Made by a program: the position numbers and the translations under genes. From Vitrella brassicaformis CCMP3155 (lineage: Eukaryota; Protista; Chromerida): a stretch of 64,000 nucleotides of DNA. Location: positions 1 through 64,000 of the forward strand of contig CDMY01000365.1 in assembly GCA_001179505.1 (NCBI GenBank). The letters run 5' to 3'. Shown one piece after another: positions 11,909-26,342 of this stretch; the stretch's first letter is position 1, and each line of letters starts with the position of its first letter. Below the pieces are notes generated by a model that did no database searches, was not told where the DNA came from, and saw only the letters and a program-made list of their open reading frames with translations.

Positions 11909-14900
11909 TCAACCCCATCTAAGCAGCTGGGACGCTAGCGCAAATTGTGCCACCACAAACAGCAGAAGTGCAAGTAGCAGCACGCAGAGGAGTGTGCATG
12001 TCGAACACTGCAGGCGCCGGCAGCATCTCCTGCCTATAAGGATCTCCAGGAACTTGCAGGGGCGCTAACAAACAAACGCACGGAGAGCGTGTGCATCATG
12101 TCATAGGTGTCTCCATCACCTGGATGCACATGATCCATTGGACGCGCCCCTGGGGCTCTGGTAGGAAGGGGGATACTGCACACACATGCAACCACAGTTC
12201 GTTATGACACACTATGTGTGCTCAGTCAGCTATTTGTCGGCCGACCGTTGGGCTCCTTGCGGCCCTGGCCGACTGGATTCTCTCTGGCCTGATCGATGGG
12301 CACCATTTGCAGCGAGAGGTGAAGCTTGGCGGGCTTGATGAAACTGCAAGCGCAAGAAGGATCGTTTGTCGTGCTTGTATGTGTTTTGTCGGGCGTTGAT
12401 GAATGCGGACATGTTGCGCCTTCTGCCGGGGCAAAGTCCCCTCGGTCTTCGCATTCCGTCCACGATCTCCTCACCACCACCACAGCAGCCCAGCACGTCC
12501 CGACATATATATGGGCAGCAACCAGAGTTATCACTCTTGGCTGGCGTCTCTCTTGGCTGGCGATCCAGCGAATACCTGAATGAGACGTGTACTGCCTGTT
12601 AACTAGCTGCAGTGATCTCCTGAGTGCTTACCTGCATAGGCCGTCAATTGGCACGACTTCTTCCTCGTAGATGACATCGTGCGGACCTATTGTATCACAG
12701 TCGATCATACGGACCTGCGGCAAAGAAGGCAGATTTGGTGGATGCATTGATGTCCACTACAGCTTGCCTTCATCTCGACGGCGGCTGCAAAGAAATAGAA
12801 TTAGTCTCTGCGCGTGTGTGTCTGTGTGAGTCTTTGTGTGGGTTGACAAATCGGCGTTTGCCATGTACCTGCGGGGAGCTTGACTGGGAACAGCATTCGC
12901 CAGTTGAAGCCTGCCGTATCGTGTGCGAACTTGTGCACGTCGGTCTTGAGTGTGATTGGATCCGCCTGCTGGTCCTCGAACGCGCGTACATGCAAGGTGA
13001 TCTCGATCATCACGTCGTTGCGTTGCCCTTATGAATGAAAGCCAAGACATGCAAAGCTTCAAAGAGTGTATCCATGCGCAGTACGTCCTGCTGACCGACC
13101 GCAATCTTGGAAGACGTCAATGTCCGTCACCTTCCAGACGATGACTCGTAACTCAAACTCAGTGGGGCTGTACAGCTCTTTGAGATCGATTTCCCTGTAG
13201 TCTTCTGACTCTTCCACCTGACAAGGTGCACATGAAATGACGTGACCGGCCATGACACGCGCCTTTCTTCTCGAAGTACCATATCGATGAAATATCTCAA
13301 TGTACCAGTTGCCAAACCCGATCCGCTTTCATCCACGTGCAGCGGCATGATCTCCAGGGGTGAGCTGATACGGAAAGGCGGCAGTTCATCGTCACGCTTG
13401 CCATCGACGGCAGACTCAGTGGGTTGCTCCTTGATCGGACTGCGAGACAAGGCGACACAGACATGTCAGAAGTCGATCGAGGTGCGTGCTGGCTACTTTT
13501 TAATCTCTTCGTCTGTCGGCTTGCAATATCTGAGTGCCATCCATCTGTCTTCGAGATCGATCGATGTCTTTCCGATCAGTCGATTGATCAAAGCGCCTTT
13601 GTCGATGACCTGCGTACATATACCCAAACATTCATCGGAAGGCCTCCTGTCTCATCTTATCTTCCCGTGTCGTGATACGGACTGCAATGGTCAGCATTGC
13701 ATCTCCTGGTATGGTGGCGGTCATTTCTATGTGCTCGTAGAAGTCGGGATTCAAGTTTCTGTATGAGCACCATGAAAAGAACTCATTTGCAGGCCGTTTG
13801 TCCATCCTTACTCGTTGAAGACCTTGCTCGACACCACCTTCTTGCCTGCCATTGACACCTGCAAATGGAATCGGCAAAACGAAACCTGCTCCATGATTGG
13901 TTTGTCCATCTGTGACTGACTGACAGAAGATATACCTCAAGGAAAGGGTCCGATTTGCCGAACGTGTCGATATTGGTCAGATTACGGCCCGTCAACACGT
14001 AGAGATGGACTCGCACTCGCTCCTCCTTCCACGCTGTGGCGTCTCTCTTGTCCTCTTCGGTGTCAGGAATAGCGTCCGCGACTTGCGTAAGCATCACGCG
14101 GCCCTGCATGGCACCAGACATGCATGGATTGCCGATTGATTGCAATCTCAATCCATCTACGGCTCACTTTGAGTCTTGCCACTTCTTTCATCATTTCTCC
14201 CGTGACGATTGGCTCTGACACATTGCAAATCTGCTGCAGCTTCATCGCGTTGAAGTAGTCATTCGTCTGAAGCCTGCAGTCACCCATGTGGGAGGCTTGA
14301 AGGACACAGACAAGCGACAGGCAGCCCTACTCACCTATCCGCAAGTATGAGCCGTCGCTTCTGCAGCCGGAGCACAAAGTCACCTTTCTTCACCGGCAAC
14401 GCATATTGATAGCCCAGCAGCTTCCGCTCAATGCCATAATGCAGAACTGTCTCTATCCCCAAGTCCGTCTTCCCGCTTGGTCTGTCACCCTTCAAGCACG
14501 TAGCAGTGCACGTGGTGCACGTGGATCATGCCAATTTCGAGTGTATGTGTCTCAGCATCACCCACTCGCAGTTTGATTTCCTTCAGGCGTTTCTCCAAGT
14601 CGCGTATCTCCTGCATCATGATAATGCTAAGCTGAACATGCATTCGTCCAACCAGCCAACCTGCGTACCTTCTTAATGGTCTTCTTGGCCTTTTTCTCAG
14701 CAGAAGCCTTCAACTCCTTAATTTTAGAAGACCTCAACTCCGTAATTTTGCATTCGATTTCTTCGCATTCGATCCTGCACAAACAGATCAAACTCATCCC
14801 ACGCACACACATCTCTTTATCATCAAATTGTCGCACCTGCGCGTAACTTCATCGAACTCGTGATAGGCTGTCTCGTAGACCCAGAAGCCAGATTCGCGCG

Positions 14901-17900
14901 GGAAGCGAAGATCAGAGCTGGGGACGTCGACACGATAACAGGTGCCATCGTCATCCTTGATGACCATCAAAAGCTCTCCTGCGCTCCTAGACTCGGCCGT
15001 CTGAGCAGGAGGTTGGCATTTACTGCTGCTCCAGACCACGCTACCTGTAGAGTCGGTGAGGTTGAACAATGAAAAGAGTGTTCAGCCTGTGTGAGACGAT
15101 GGGGTACCGGTGAAGCCTTTGACCGTCTTGATCTCCACGACGTTCATTGACAGCTTCCCGTCAAACCACATTCTCAGCCGTGCCAGAATGTGCGACCTGC
15201 CTGCTCTTCTTGTGGCTTGATCACGTGGCCAACTGGCCGGATGAAGGTCAGCAAGTTCACGTCCGAGTTGTCGTCAGGGGGTTCAGCCTTGGCGGGCTGT
15301 GCTGATCCTCCTCGGCGTCTCCATCCTCCTCATCTCAAGATACGCTTTGTGGTCCCACCCTTTCTTCTCCAGGTCCTTAATGACAAGGATTGGATTCTGA
15401 AAAGGCTCGTTTCCATCCTGAAATTGGTTGTCGGCGTTGAACGATTGCCACTAAATGCACACAAAAGGCACCACTATCTCTCATCGTCCTGTAGACAAGT
15501 TTGACAAACCTCATTCTCCTCCTCCTGGGCTTGTTGCTCCACCTGCATCTTGTATGGAAATACTTGCGATTTGATGCTGAAGAGCTCGTGTGAGAACAAT
15601 AATCGTCCAACAGTGACATCCGGGGCATACCACAGCCCCCCAGATTTTTCTACATGGCATCACACGAGCTGAGGGATGGGCATTGAGTCTTCTTATATTA
15701 CCTGCATAGACATCTACGGTGACGTCGATCTTTCGCTCACACACTACGGGCAGTCGACTGAGGCCCCAGTCGTTTGTATTCGATGCCAAAGCTCTTGTCT
15801 CATTCGTGTCGTGAGCTTCGTCGTCCAGCAAGTGATAATCGTGCAGGGGCACCGACAGCGAGGCCTCATATTTGAATGGCCCAAGGCCAATCAGCCTAAA
15901 CTTGACGTCTGGCAGTAGTCGGCTTGGGGTTCCCCGTTTGTCAAACTGCAAATCACACACCACACGGCAGAAGGAGTTCGTGTATTAAGGCATGCAGGCA
16001 AGAAAACGCATGGTTGGAGCTTGCTCACCTGCAGATACTTCAGCATAGGCGCGTGAAATGGTGGTGACGACACTCGAATGCCGACGGTGTCCATTCCGTG
16101 TTTCGTGTCATGCCGAGGATGTCTCACATTGCGGGCAGGCGAGTTGTCGTTGGGCACCTGTTCAGTGTAGTGCCGGCTTAGACACCCTCAATTGATTGAG
16201 TGTATGATTCATTACCTCCAGAGGTAAGCGTCTGTCTGAATCCGTCTTCAATCGCGTGCCTGAAGGCGGTTCCATCGTCAATTCATAGCCAAATACTCGC
16301 GGCGCCAGGCCGCGTAGACCAAGGATGTCCATGGACAGCTGCAGCACCTCTTCTTGGCCTGGAGGCCCGCGACAGATGCAATGATTCACTTTAGTCGTCT
16401 TCTTTTGACATCGCACCTGTCAGCTGTTTTGTGATATCATATTTCTCAGGCGTTGTCGTCTTGATGGATTCTGGACATTCGCTGGGTGAAAGAGAAGAGC
16501 AATGCAATCATCAAATGGTCCTCCCTTACATCTGCGGAGACCATACCTTGAGAAGCCAATGCACGCCAGCATTTTCGCGTTGTGCTGCCACCTGCTCCGC
16601 TGACTTTTGCTGACGCGAAGACAAGAACGCATGAAGAGAAGAACGCATCGTCACCGTACACATCCACTCTGGCTTCATTAGGCAGTGTGCGTACAAGTCC
16701 AATTTCTCGAAGTCTTCGTATCGGATTGAGTCTCCGCTGGCCAGGTCATACCACTTGGGCTCATGCGCTTCATTCAAATCCAAAGGCTGTGTGCAGGGCA
16801 GTGAGCAACCAAACGCACGCAGAGACAGGAGGACCGACAGAGTAATGGGGTGCAACAGAAGCCGAGCCAGCATGTGTATAGGCAAACAGACCTTCTTTGT
16901 TTTGTCGAGGTCGATCGGGTTCCACTCAATAAACTGCCCCATTTTCTCAGATGTCTGCAGACAGACAAAACATGTCAGCAACACACGCCCTTCATTTACA
17001 CTGTGACAAGCTGTATACTCCGTTGTCCCAATCAGAAAAGCGCAGCAACACAGGCGGGAAATGAGGCCGTGTAAGCGGATCAAGCGAGAAAGGAACGACC
17101 ACTCTGTGCAACCATGATGGGTTGCGAGTCCTGACAGGGGGATTCTTCGACGGGTCTTGGGATTCCACACGCTGACAAAATGTCGATACATGAGACAATC
17201 AACTGAATTATTGAACAGACCCTTACTTTGTCGTCCACCCAGATCTCCCAGAGGGGGTCGACATTGCCATCCTCGTCCTGTGCCGGAAGATTCCTTCCTT
17301 GCAGCAAGTCCACGTGCAGATACATATTTGGAGGAGAACTGTCCGCTTTTTCTGCTTTGTCGCCACCAGCAGCATCAACATCTGCTTCGTTTTGTTCCTT
17401 GTCTCGCGGCTTACATCCACAGCAGCCATCGCCTTTAGGCGTGACTTGCTTGGCGTCCAACTGTGGCATGGGGGGCGGGGGCGAAGGGAGAGGTACACCG
17501 GACTCCACATCATCTTGACCGTTTCTTGGAGCGGGCTTCCCTGCTATGTGGACTCGTATCTCTCCCTTCACTGTATTTGGAGCACCAGTGTGTGCATCAC
17601 TTTCAGCTCGGCATGCCCAAGAAGACAGCCAGCGAAGGCTGAGGAAAAGAACGCCTTCCGGAGGGCTGCAACAGACTGGATCATATACATGCAGATACAT
17701 AATGCTGCGAGACACTGCTGATATATACCGCTCCGTACTTGATCGTAACGAAGCTGCATGCAGTATAAGAGGACGCAAGACATGTGAGCTAGGAAAGCAG
17801 ATTCAGGGCAGGCTGCGCCAGTGGTTTCTCAATGTACCTGGATCCAAGTCTCTTTCTCTGCCGGCTGTGACTGCTCTCTGCCTTCCACTAGCCCTGGTGG

Positions 17901-20900
17901 GTCGTCTTTCGCGTGTTTGGGCGCGTTAAGGAGCTTCAGTCTGTATGGAGTAAGAGATGCACAAGGAGTCATCCACCAATTAGGCACAGCAGCTTCTCTT
18001 CCTGCTCACTCACCTCCCGAAAATGTGTCGGTGACTTGTACCCCGGCGCTCCTTTCATGTACGAGACGGAATAAAGACAGAGGCGTCAATGCATGCCCGA
18101 TCGCATGATGCTTACATCCATGACTTACGCGGATGTACACATATGCGTAATCGATGTTTGGGAGGACATCGAGTGTAGGGGTGGTGCCTTCAGCGCTGTC
18201 TCGCAAGTCACCCTTGTCCTGCATTCGCGTGCGCGACTGATAGCCAGTCGGACTCAGTAGCTGCCTACCTGAAAGTTGCATGGTCTGCAGAAGAGACTCG
18301 ACCCGTTTGTCTCTTGCCGGGGCTCCTTATTGTGATAAAACTGCAACACACCCTGCAGAGAGAGACGGTTTGTAGACGCATGCTCTGCTAGCGTGTGTGT
18401 CGAACCTTCTCATTGACATGCCTTGGGAATGATAGGAGAGTTAAGTCGCCTTCCGGCAGTATTTTCAGTTCTTCATCAGAAACCACACTCCTATCCGAAG
18501 CCTTTTGTTTGGCCTGTCGACTTTGTAGCTGCGTTTGGGTTGCAATCGTTGTTGTCTGCTTGTCCTTGGCGTCATTGGACTTGGGATGAAGCGAGCAGCC
18601 AGCAACTTGAATCGTCACAATGACTTCTTTTTTCCTGACACACACATTCACATACATGCTCAGTTCATACGGAGCAAACTATGTCTCTCAGTTGCCCCTT
18701 TCAGCATCCTCCTCACTTGAGGCTGAAGAGGTACAATCCTCTGAAAAGCTTCATTGTCAGTTCTTTCTGATGTGCCGCCTTCCTCACGACCGGCGGCCAT
18801 TTTTGTTTGTCTGCGATCCTCTTGTTCTCTACACACATACGCATGTGGACTGAGTTTGTCAACGTACCCGTGTTTTGCGTATGACAATATGACACCTATC
18901 GAGACGCAAATTGATCCACGGTAGGTGCTGGGAGGATCCAAGGCCCCCTATACAAAAATAGATACACACGTGGAGCCAGTGACGGAGCCCCAAACAGAGA
19001 TTAAGAGCCTTCTGGTTTGTCTTTCATACTTTGATCATCGCAAGGGCCTGATCATCTCGTGGTGCCCGCAAGGCCCCACCGTACATGTGATACCAAACGC
19101 GTCGGCCCATCGGCAGTGGGTACAACTTTACCTGCGTGCAAACAATACTAGTCATACTTAGGCCTCCAAGTAATCGATGGCGAATCCTTCAAGGATCTCA
19201 TGTTTGCACATTTACTTGTCCTGCGAGCTCCTCCATGTGTATGAACACCGAGTCGTCGTCAAAGACTTCGAGCAGAACACGGTGACGTCTCCTGCATGCC
19301 ACACATACACCAACCATTCCGTTTGTCAGTTAGCTGGCTTCACTCACGGATTCGCAGGCATTTTGAAGCCCATTGTCTCGAAAAGCACCTCACGCTGCCT
19401 GGTGGTGATCGTTGGCGAGGTATATCGCTGTGTGGCCCCCCGACCAGACACCGTCAGTCGGAGGAAAGGGTCACAGGCTGTGTGTTTCGGGAGTGTCAAG
19501 CCGCCTGCGGCCAATGGGTGCTCGTCAAGGACGGGCAGGAAATCAGCAAAGGCGTACCTACGACGCCGCAGGATACCAGGCCGCAGTCGTGTCCAGCCTT
19601 CTAGGGGTTCGGGTGATGAAGAGAGGAGGGTGGGTGCTGTGAGACCTGGGCTTACAAGTAGTAGTCGACCAAAGCACCCTTGTCTGATGCATCGCGGAAG
19701 CCTCTTGCCTTCCTCATCTTGGTCAGAGCTTCCGAGGTCATTTCCTCTGGCCAGTGGACCTTTTCGTCGGGAGGGCACCACATGTCCACCTGAAGGACGA
19801 CCTGCAGAGAGACGTACAATGACGGATTGCGTGCCTCGCTGCACACATGTCGACACGCTCACTTCTCCTGCAAGTTGTCCGTTGTGTGTATCGCGAAGCT
19901 GGGCTTTTGCCATCCATGGATGTCCGGTCCCTTTGACGTGCTCGTAGAACTCATCAACCGACTCCTCCCACTCGCCAACCTTTTGTGGTGTCTGAGGCGA
20001 GGTTGGGGGACAACAATCTAGTGATCAGAGGCAACCGGCTAATGGCTACTGTCTTATCGCACCTTTTCTGTGGCCGGATCTCTCCTGTCTCTCCCTTGTA
20101 ATTTGGTCTTCTTCTCACTTGCCGGGCCGCTTTCGGTCTCCAGCACAGCCTTTTGGGCCACGAGCTGCCGCATTTGATGCATAAGCAGCGTACACGTAGT
20201 GACATCTGCCTCGTATCTCACCTTCTTCTCGGCCTGGTAGAGAAATGCCTCCACTTTTAGGCTGCAGGGATTGTTGTCAGATCAAATCATTAGGGGACAC
20301 GCAGAATTTGGTCTCCTCACCTTAGCGCCATGAGGTTCTCGGTTGTCTTATCCGGCAGCACGAATGGCTCGGGGTTCCACCCTTGTACTCGATGGCCAAG
20401 CATGATGGTGCAATGGTCGTCTTTCGATGGTTCACCAGCTGGCGACACCTGTGTCTGGCCGTCCAGCCTCAGCTTCACCATGGCCGTCATGTCTCTACCC
20501 ATGCTCATAAGGGTCAGCTGCATAGGATTGTGCACAGTGGATGTCATGACCGGCTTCGCGCGATCGTGTTTACCTGATGTACAGTGACGTTGACATTGTA
20601 GATTTTCAGTGGCACATCGTCGGCCTCGCGTGCCCTCTGGGCGAGAGCGACCAGGTCCGGTTGGTCCTCAAGCGATTTCACCACTTGGTAGACCACAGTC
20701 AGCTGACTGGCAGCGTTACTTTTGCTGCGATCGGGCCACCAGCCGCCGTGTCTCTCCAAAGGCAGTATCTTCCTGGCGATCACAGGACATGGCGACAATT
20801 GCATCGTGATTTGACGCCAGTGTCATAGAGAGCGTTTTCATGCCTCGTGACGTTGCATGGCCCTGCCAGCTTCAGTGTCGCCCTCCCCAGGAGATCATCT

Positions 20901-21549
20901 GCCGATAACGTGTCCTTATCGTACACGGCCAGCCGCACCTCTATCGGCCCTGGTGGCACCGGGACCTCCCACCTGTGTCGACAGACAAGCAAGGAGGATA
21001 CACAGGTGGGCCTTGCTCTGTTGGCGGTGCGCAGAAGGAGAGAACTTACACGTCCTCCCACACCGGATTGAGGCTGTTGCGGACCACCTCGGTCTTGTGC
21101 TCCTTCTGCTGAAAGTGTACCACCACGTAGGGATCAGAACGCCCCAATGTGTCAGCAGCAGGGAGATTCGAGGCAGAATGGACCAACAGCCGCAAGAAGC
21201 ACAGACTAGGCCCGCCGTCTCTCTCCAGGGTTGCAGATGTACCATCTGCAGTAGTCGCCGCCTCGCAGAACGGCCAGGCACACGTGCCCAGGAAGCCTCC
21301 TCCAAAGCCCACACGTAAGCCGGCAAAGTGGGGAAGTGGCCTTGGCAGTCCCATCCTGATGTCACACCACACATTTTTCGTCGTTGTTCGACTAGAGCTG
21401 GCGACGCTTACTTTGTCTTTCTCCTCATCTTCCCCCTCCTGCGGCCTTGCAACACGCCCCAAATATCGTAACTTGGCCTTCCGTTGTTTGCTCCACGGGA
21501 GCACCGCCTCCATCATGCGCCAATTTGTCATGCGCTGCATCGCACCCAC
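11909..21549 (-). CDS. Ferlin-family multi-C2-domain, tail-anchored membrane protein (many exons; start uncertain)
   Basis: C2 motifs include LRLLVHSASNLPAADTLGRSDPYVVV, LHVDLLQGRNLPAQDEDGNVDP, VHLYVLTGRNLTNIDTFGKSDPFLEV and NLNPDFYE. Ferlin-specific blocks are IGKTSIDLEDRW, FELRVIVWK, TDVHKFAHDTAGFNWRMLFP and LSLQMVPIDQARENPVGQGRKEPN. The final exon encodes the TM helix TLLCVLLLALLLFVVAQFALASQLLRWG* (TGA 11909-11911). Confidence 0.88.
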
Positions 21550-22191
21550 TCGTTTGAGTCGATTGCGGTGGCAAATGGACTGGGGGGGGAGTGGACAATG
21601 GAGGGAGAGAGTCCGTGTGGCCGCCCGGGCAAGTGGGGGCCCCTAATGATTGATTCAGATGGACTGTAAAGACGGCCGGGATGCTGCCACCAGACCGCAT
21701 ACAAACAAAGATTGTGGAGGTCGCAGACATGCACGTTGAGAAACTGTCCACGACGCCCTCAAGCAGACATGCACGCACATATGTGTACAACAGGGACAAA
21801 GTACCTGAGACACTTCTCATCCATCAAGTCCATGATCACACGGGCTTAGGAACATACAGCCATATGATGCAAGCAATCCAGCGCCATCAGTCCTGTCCCT
21901 GCCGCATCCCCTACATGGGCATGTCTCTGCACATGGCGTACGGTGCACACACAGCCTGCCTGTGGTCCGTCTCTGCTGTTTCATCCATTCATGGCCCTGC
22001 CTTTGAAGGCTCCATAAATAGAAAAACAGATCGACCCACACACATGGGTGTATTGCCGAGCAGAACATCACGCGTACATGCATCATCCATCGAGTGTCCG
22101 CAGAGAGCGTCAAGGTAGGCAGCTGAGACAAAACCAATCCCCCCAAAGCAAGTCCCTCCCGCTAATCTCAGGCACATGCATGCATCTATGG

Positions 22192-25100
22192 TTAGGTGCA
22201 GCGCGTATCGGACAGCTCCCTAAGATACCCGACTTCGTCTGTCTCCCCCTGGTTCATCCTCAACCCATAGCTAAAGGGGAAGAGCGCCTCCTGGCCGTCT
22301 CCCACATTGACGGTCGCCTGGCATGGCGAGGCGGGCCATGAGTGCGCCAGCCGACCGTGAAAGTCATACCCGCCCTCGAAGAGCACGTCGCCCACACCCA
22401 GCCCCGCCGCCACACCCGGCAGCCAGGCCGCCACGAAGGCATCGCAGCGGTTGAGGTGCTGGTTGACATAGACAGGGCGGCCGGAGACCAGCAGGCAGAC
22501 GATTGGGGTGTCGGGGCTCTTCTTGGCTGTGATCTTGTCAAGGATATCCAAGTCGGCGGGATACCTGAACAAACGACGTACGATGGATGGGATCATCAGG
22601 ATGTGTGCGTGGTCTGATTACCTCGCGTGATGCAGGAGGCTGTTCTCCTTGAGGTCTCCCGCCGCCTCGGCGTACCGCTCCTCGCCAATGACGGCAACGA
22701 TGGCGTCGTACTCGCCGGTGGCGGCGAAGTCATCGCTCCCATTCTTACTCAACATGGCAGCACCACCACCGCCAGTGACCACATCACTCAGACCCTGAAC
22801 ACGGAGCAGACACCCACACTCGTGCATACATCATGGTCACACGCCTTCAGGGCTGGTCTGTCTGTCTGTGTGCGGATGTCTGTCACCTACCTTCCATATG
22901 GACGTGCCGTAGAGAAAGTCGGCGTTTGTGTTCTCCTCGGCTTGCCATGACAGCGCCCACGATCCCACGTGGGTGGGCAGGAAATCCGCGTACGGCACGT
23001 CGTCAATGAGCCTCGACGTCACGAATATGTTGGCTGACCGCTTCAGGGGCAACACATGCCGGTTGTTCTTCAACAGCACCAGGCTCTTGCGAACCGCCTC
23101 ACGCGCAACCTAGACGCAACCAACGAGACAGATGCCAGAAGACACACATAGATACACATCGGTCTCTCCCAGGACCTCCTACCTCCATGTGTTCGTCGGA
23201 AGCCATGAGGTCGTCTCGCGCCGCGTATGGCTTCCTGGTGCTGGGTTTGCCCTTGACCTTTGTGGGGTCTGGACCGATGAGACCCAGCCGCGCTTTGGCC
23301 CTCAGGATGCGCCTGACAGCGTCATCCATCCTCTCGAGTGGGATCTCGCCCGACTCGACCGCACGGGCGGTGTTGTTGATGAAGCTGATCCAATCTCCGC
23401 CGATCATCAGCATATCCATGCCTGAGACAGGAAAGAGGGTGGGTGTCGGTGGGGGGATAGATATGCACAGGTGTGTATGGGTATGGATGGTGTGTTGGCT
23501 GGGTACCTACCCGCATTGATGGCGAAGGGACAGTGCTCGACGGTGCATCCAGGGAGGTTCTCGCCGTTTTCGTCGTTGCCCGACCTGGCGTGCCCGTTCC
23601 AGTCGCCAACAAGGAAACCGTCAAGGTTGTACGTGTTCTGACACACACATACACAAGTATTTGTGCATGTGCATTTCAGTCAGGTTGTGTCACATACCTT
23701 GAGGACGTCTGTGAGGAGGAATGGGTAGCCATGCATCTCGATGGTGTTGGTGCCAGTGAAGGACGGCATCACGCTCTGCACACCGCCCTTCTCGATGCAC
23801 GCCCGATACCCCCTGCTGTGGATGTCACGCAGCTCAGTCTCGGCGGCAACCGTGTCGCCGTCCGTCAGCCCACCCCAGCTGCCCCCGTCACCCAGCCAGT
23901 GCTTGCACGTCGCCAGCACATGGGGGGCGGCCAGGAATGACTCAGGGTCCTCGGGGTTTCCCTGTAGGCCTCGCAGGAGCCCGCCCACGATGTTTTCGAC
24001 CGTGTATCCGTCTTCTGCAGCAGAAGACGGGAATAAAACGACCGCTTGTGTGCCAGGAGTGCGTGTGTGTACCTGAGTAGGACTCGTACATTCTGCCCCA
24101 TCTGGTGTCGCGTGCGGTGGCCACTGTCGGTGCCAGCGTCCAGTCGATGCCGCTCGCAACCATCTCAGTCGCAGTCACCTATCTCACACACAAACACACG
24201 CCAGGAAGGAATGACAGTGTGCACACGATTGAAGGATCGACTTGTCTAAGTTATGCTTTTCGCACCGACATACCAGTCCGATTTTCTCCATGAGGACGGA
24301 GTCATTAGCAGCGCCCAGGCCGATGTTGTGTGGGAAGATGGTCGAGTGGGGGGCATTGTTGTGGCCGTGGATAGCGTCGGCGGCCATCAGGGGAGGAATG
24401 GGGATACCTGACGCCTGCACAAGGGCACCACAGATACCACAGACGAACAGTGATCCACTGGACACATTTATGCGTGTGTGTCTCCGCCGCAGCTCACCCA
24501 TTCCTTGTCCATAGCAGCCGCGTAGAAGTTGTCCATCTCGGCGGCCACCTGCCATATCTTTGCTTCGCGGTAGAATCCCGGCGGCCAGAGCATGGCCCCT
24601 AGGCTGTACTTCTTGAGCGTCACCTCGGGCTCAGGCACACCAAAGATGGGCGCGATGATCATCTGGCCTGCCTTCTCCTCGAGGGTCATGTTGCCAATCA
24701 GGTCGCTCAGCCACAACTCAAGGGCGAAGTCCTTTTGGACGGGGTTCGTCAGCCGGTCCCAGCCGCATGTCTTGGGGGCCGCCAGCCAGCCGACGCCCGG
24801 CTTGGCCTCTGTGCCGGTGGTGCTGGCCATCAGGATGCATTTCCCTTGCTGGTCGCTGATGAAGTTGACGCCCACGCATTTGTCCTTCATTTGGCAGCGG
24901 GTTTGGCACTGCCAGGGGCTGTCCGTGGTCTCCCTCGTCTCCAACACAGTGCCGCTGTACTGATAGCCCCACTTGTAGCAATCCTTGAGGGGCGGATGCA
25001 CTGCACCGCAGGAGGCGGGCGACACAGCCATACATGGCACGCCGCGATGTGTGGACGCGTGTGTGTGTACCGCTGGATCCGATGATGGTGCAGTCGAACT

Positions 25101-26179
25101 CGTCTTCGACGTCAGGAGGCGGGCACATCTCCAGCTCAGGCCGACACTGGGCCCACTGCACACCCAAAGGACAGCCACCATCAGTGTACTTAGCTGCATT
25201 TCACTGACTGGCTGACTGACTGACCCCCTCTGCGGCGAGTCTGCACACACTGCCCTGCTGGCAGAGGCGCGTCTCCGTGCAGTCGCCCCACAGCTCTGTC
25301 GGCGGGGGGATGTCTGCACCACAGACCAGACCACACAACAGGCCATTGCGGCTTGTTTGTCGCTTGCCTGTCGCGTCGATCAGTACCTGATTCCTCCAGG
25401 CCCCCCTTGGCGTCAGATATCTCTTTGAAAGGATCGGGCAACACGCCCATTGGAGGGGGGTCAGGGTTGCGGGGACCACGGATGCGACCACCAGCATCTG
25501 ACGACACACATTCAAGGGCATCCAGCCATCATCGAGTCCTCTATCGGTGCTCCAGTGTGTGGTCGTTGATTAACCGACCAAGGACGCATGGTGGGGCCTT
25601 GATCTCTGAGCACTTGAGGTTCGCTGCCTGGATGGTAGCAGGGCAGCAGGCGTCCTTGCCGCCGAGCAGTTTGTCGCACCCGTCGGCGCCACCGCATGTC
25701 TTGCAGAATGCTGGGCAGCAGGCCCACTGGTTGGCCAGGTCCACGGACATCAGCCCACCCAAAGCCGCACACTGCTCAGCACGCGACAAATACTCTGACA
25801 CGGACCAACAGATCAGAAGTATCGGCGTGGTGCATCTGACTGGCTTACCTTGGGCGCCCTCTCGACTCTTCGGGGATACGACAGAGTCGCCTGACCACAA
25901 GACCGACAGGCGGCCGACAAACACACAGACGTGAACTGGTTGTGTGGCTGGGCGATATATTGGGTGTCACTCACCTTCTGCGTCTTGTCTTAGCTGCCTA
26001 TGAGCGGCTGACGCTGCAGTGAGTGCCAAGGACAGACGACAATGCGACAGCAAACAAATGAACCGGCCCCTGCAGCAGTGGCGATTTGTAAAGGTGCCGA
26101 GCTCACCTTTACAGATAGAGGGCTGCATAATAAGGACGGACAGCATCCCCAGCGCCGCCATTGCCCGCCAGGCAGCCAT
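22192..26179 (-). CDS. Secreted glycoside hydrolase family 3 beta-glucosidase/exo-glucanase with N-terminal Cys-rich modules and a PAN/Apple domain
   Basis: Signal peptide MAAWRAMAALGMLSVLIMQPSICK. GH3 blocks are MTLEEKAGQM, GIPPLMAADAIHGHNN..TIFPHNIGLGA, RDTRWGRMYESYS, KHWLGDGG, nucleophile block FLVGDWNG, acid/base block VAVIGEERYAE and LFPFSYGL. Confidence 0.93.
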
Positions 26180-26342
26180 CGGCAGGCAAGGCCCCATTTG
26201 GCCAGGCCGAAAAGTGAAGTTCCTCGCTCTGCCCGCGGGCAGCAGGTGTCAGGTGGCTATCGGACAAGGTTTTCAGGCCTCGGTCCCTCTCTGTCGTGAC
26301 ACCGAGGATGGCCCAGCCGTTGACAATGGCAGGCGAAATAGT

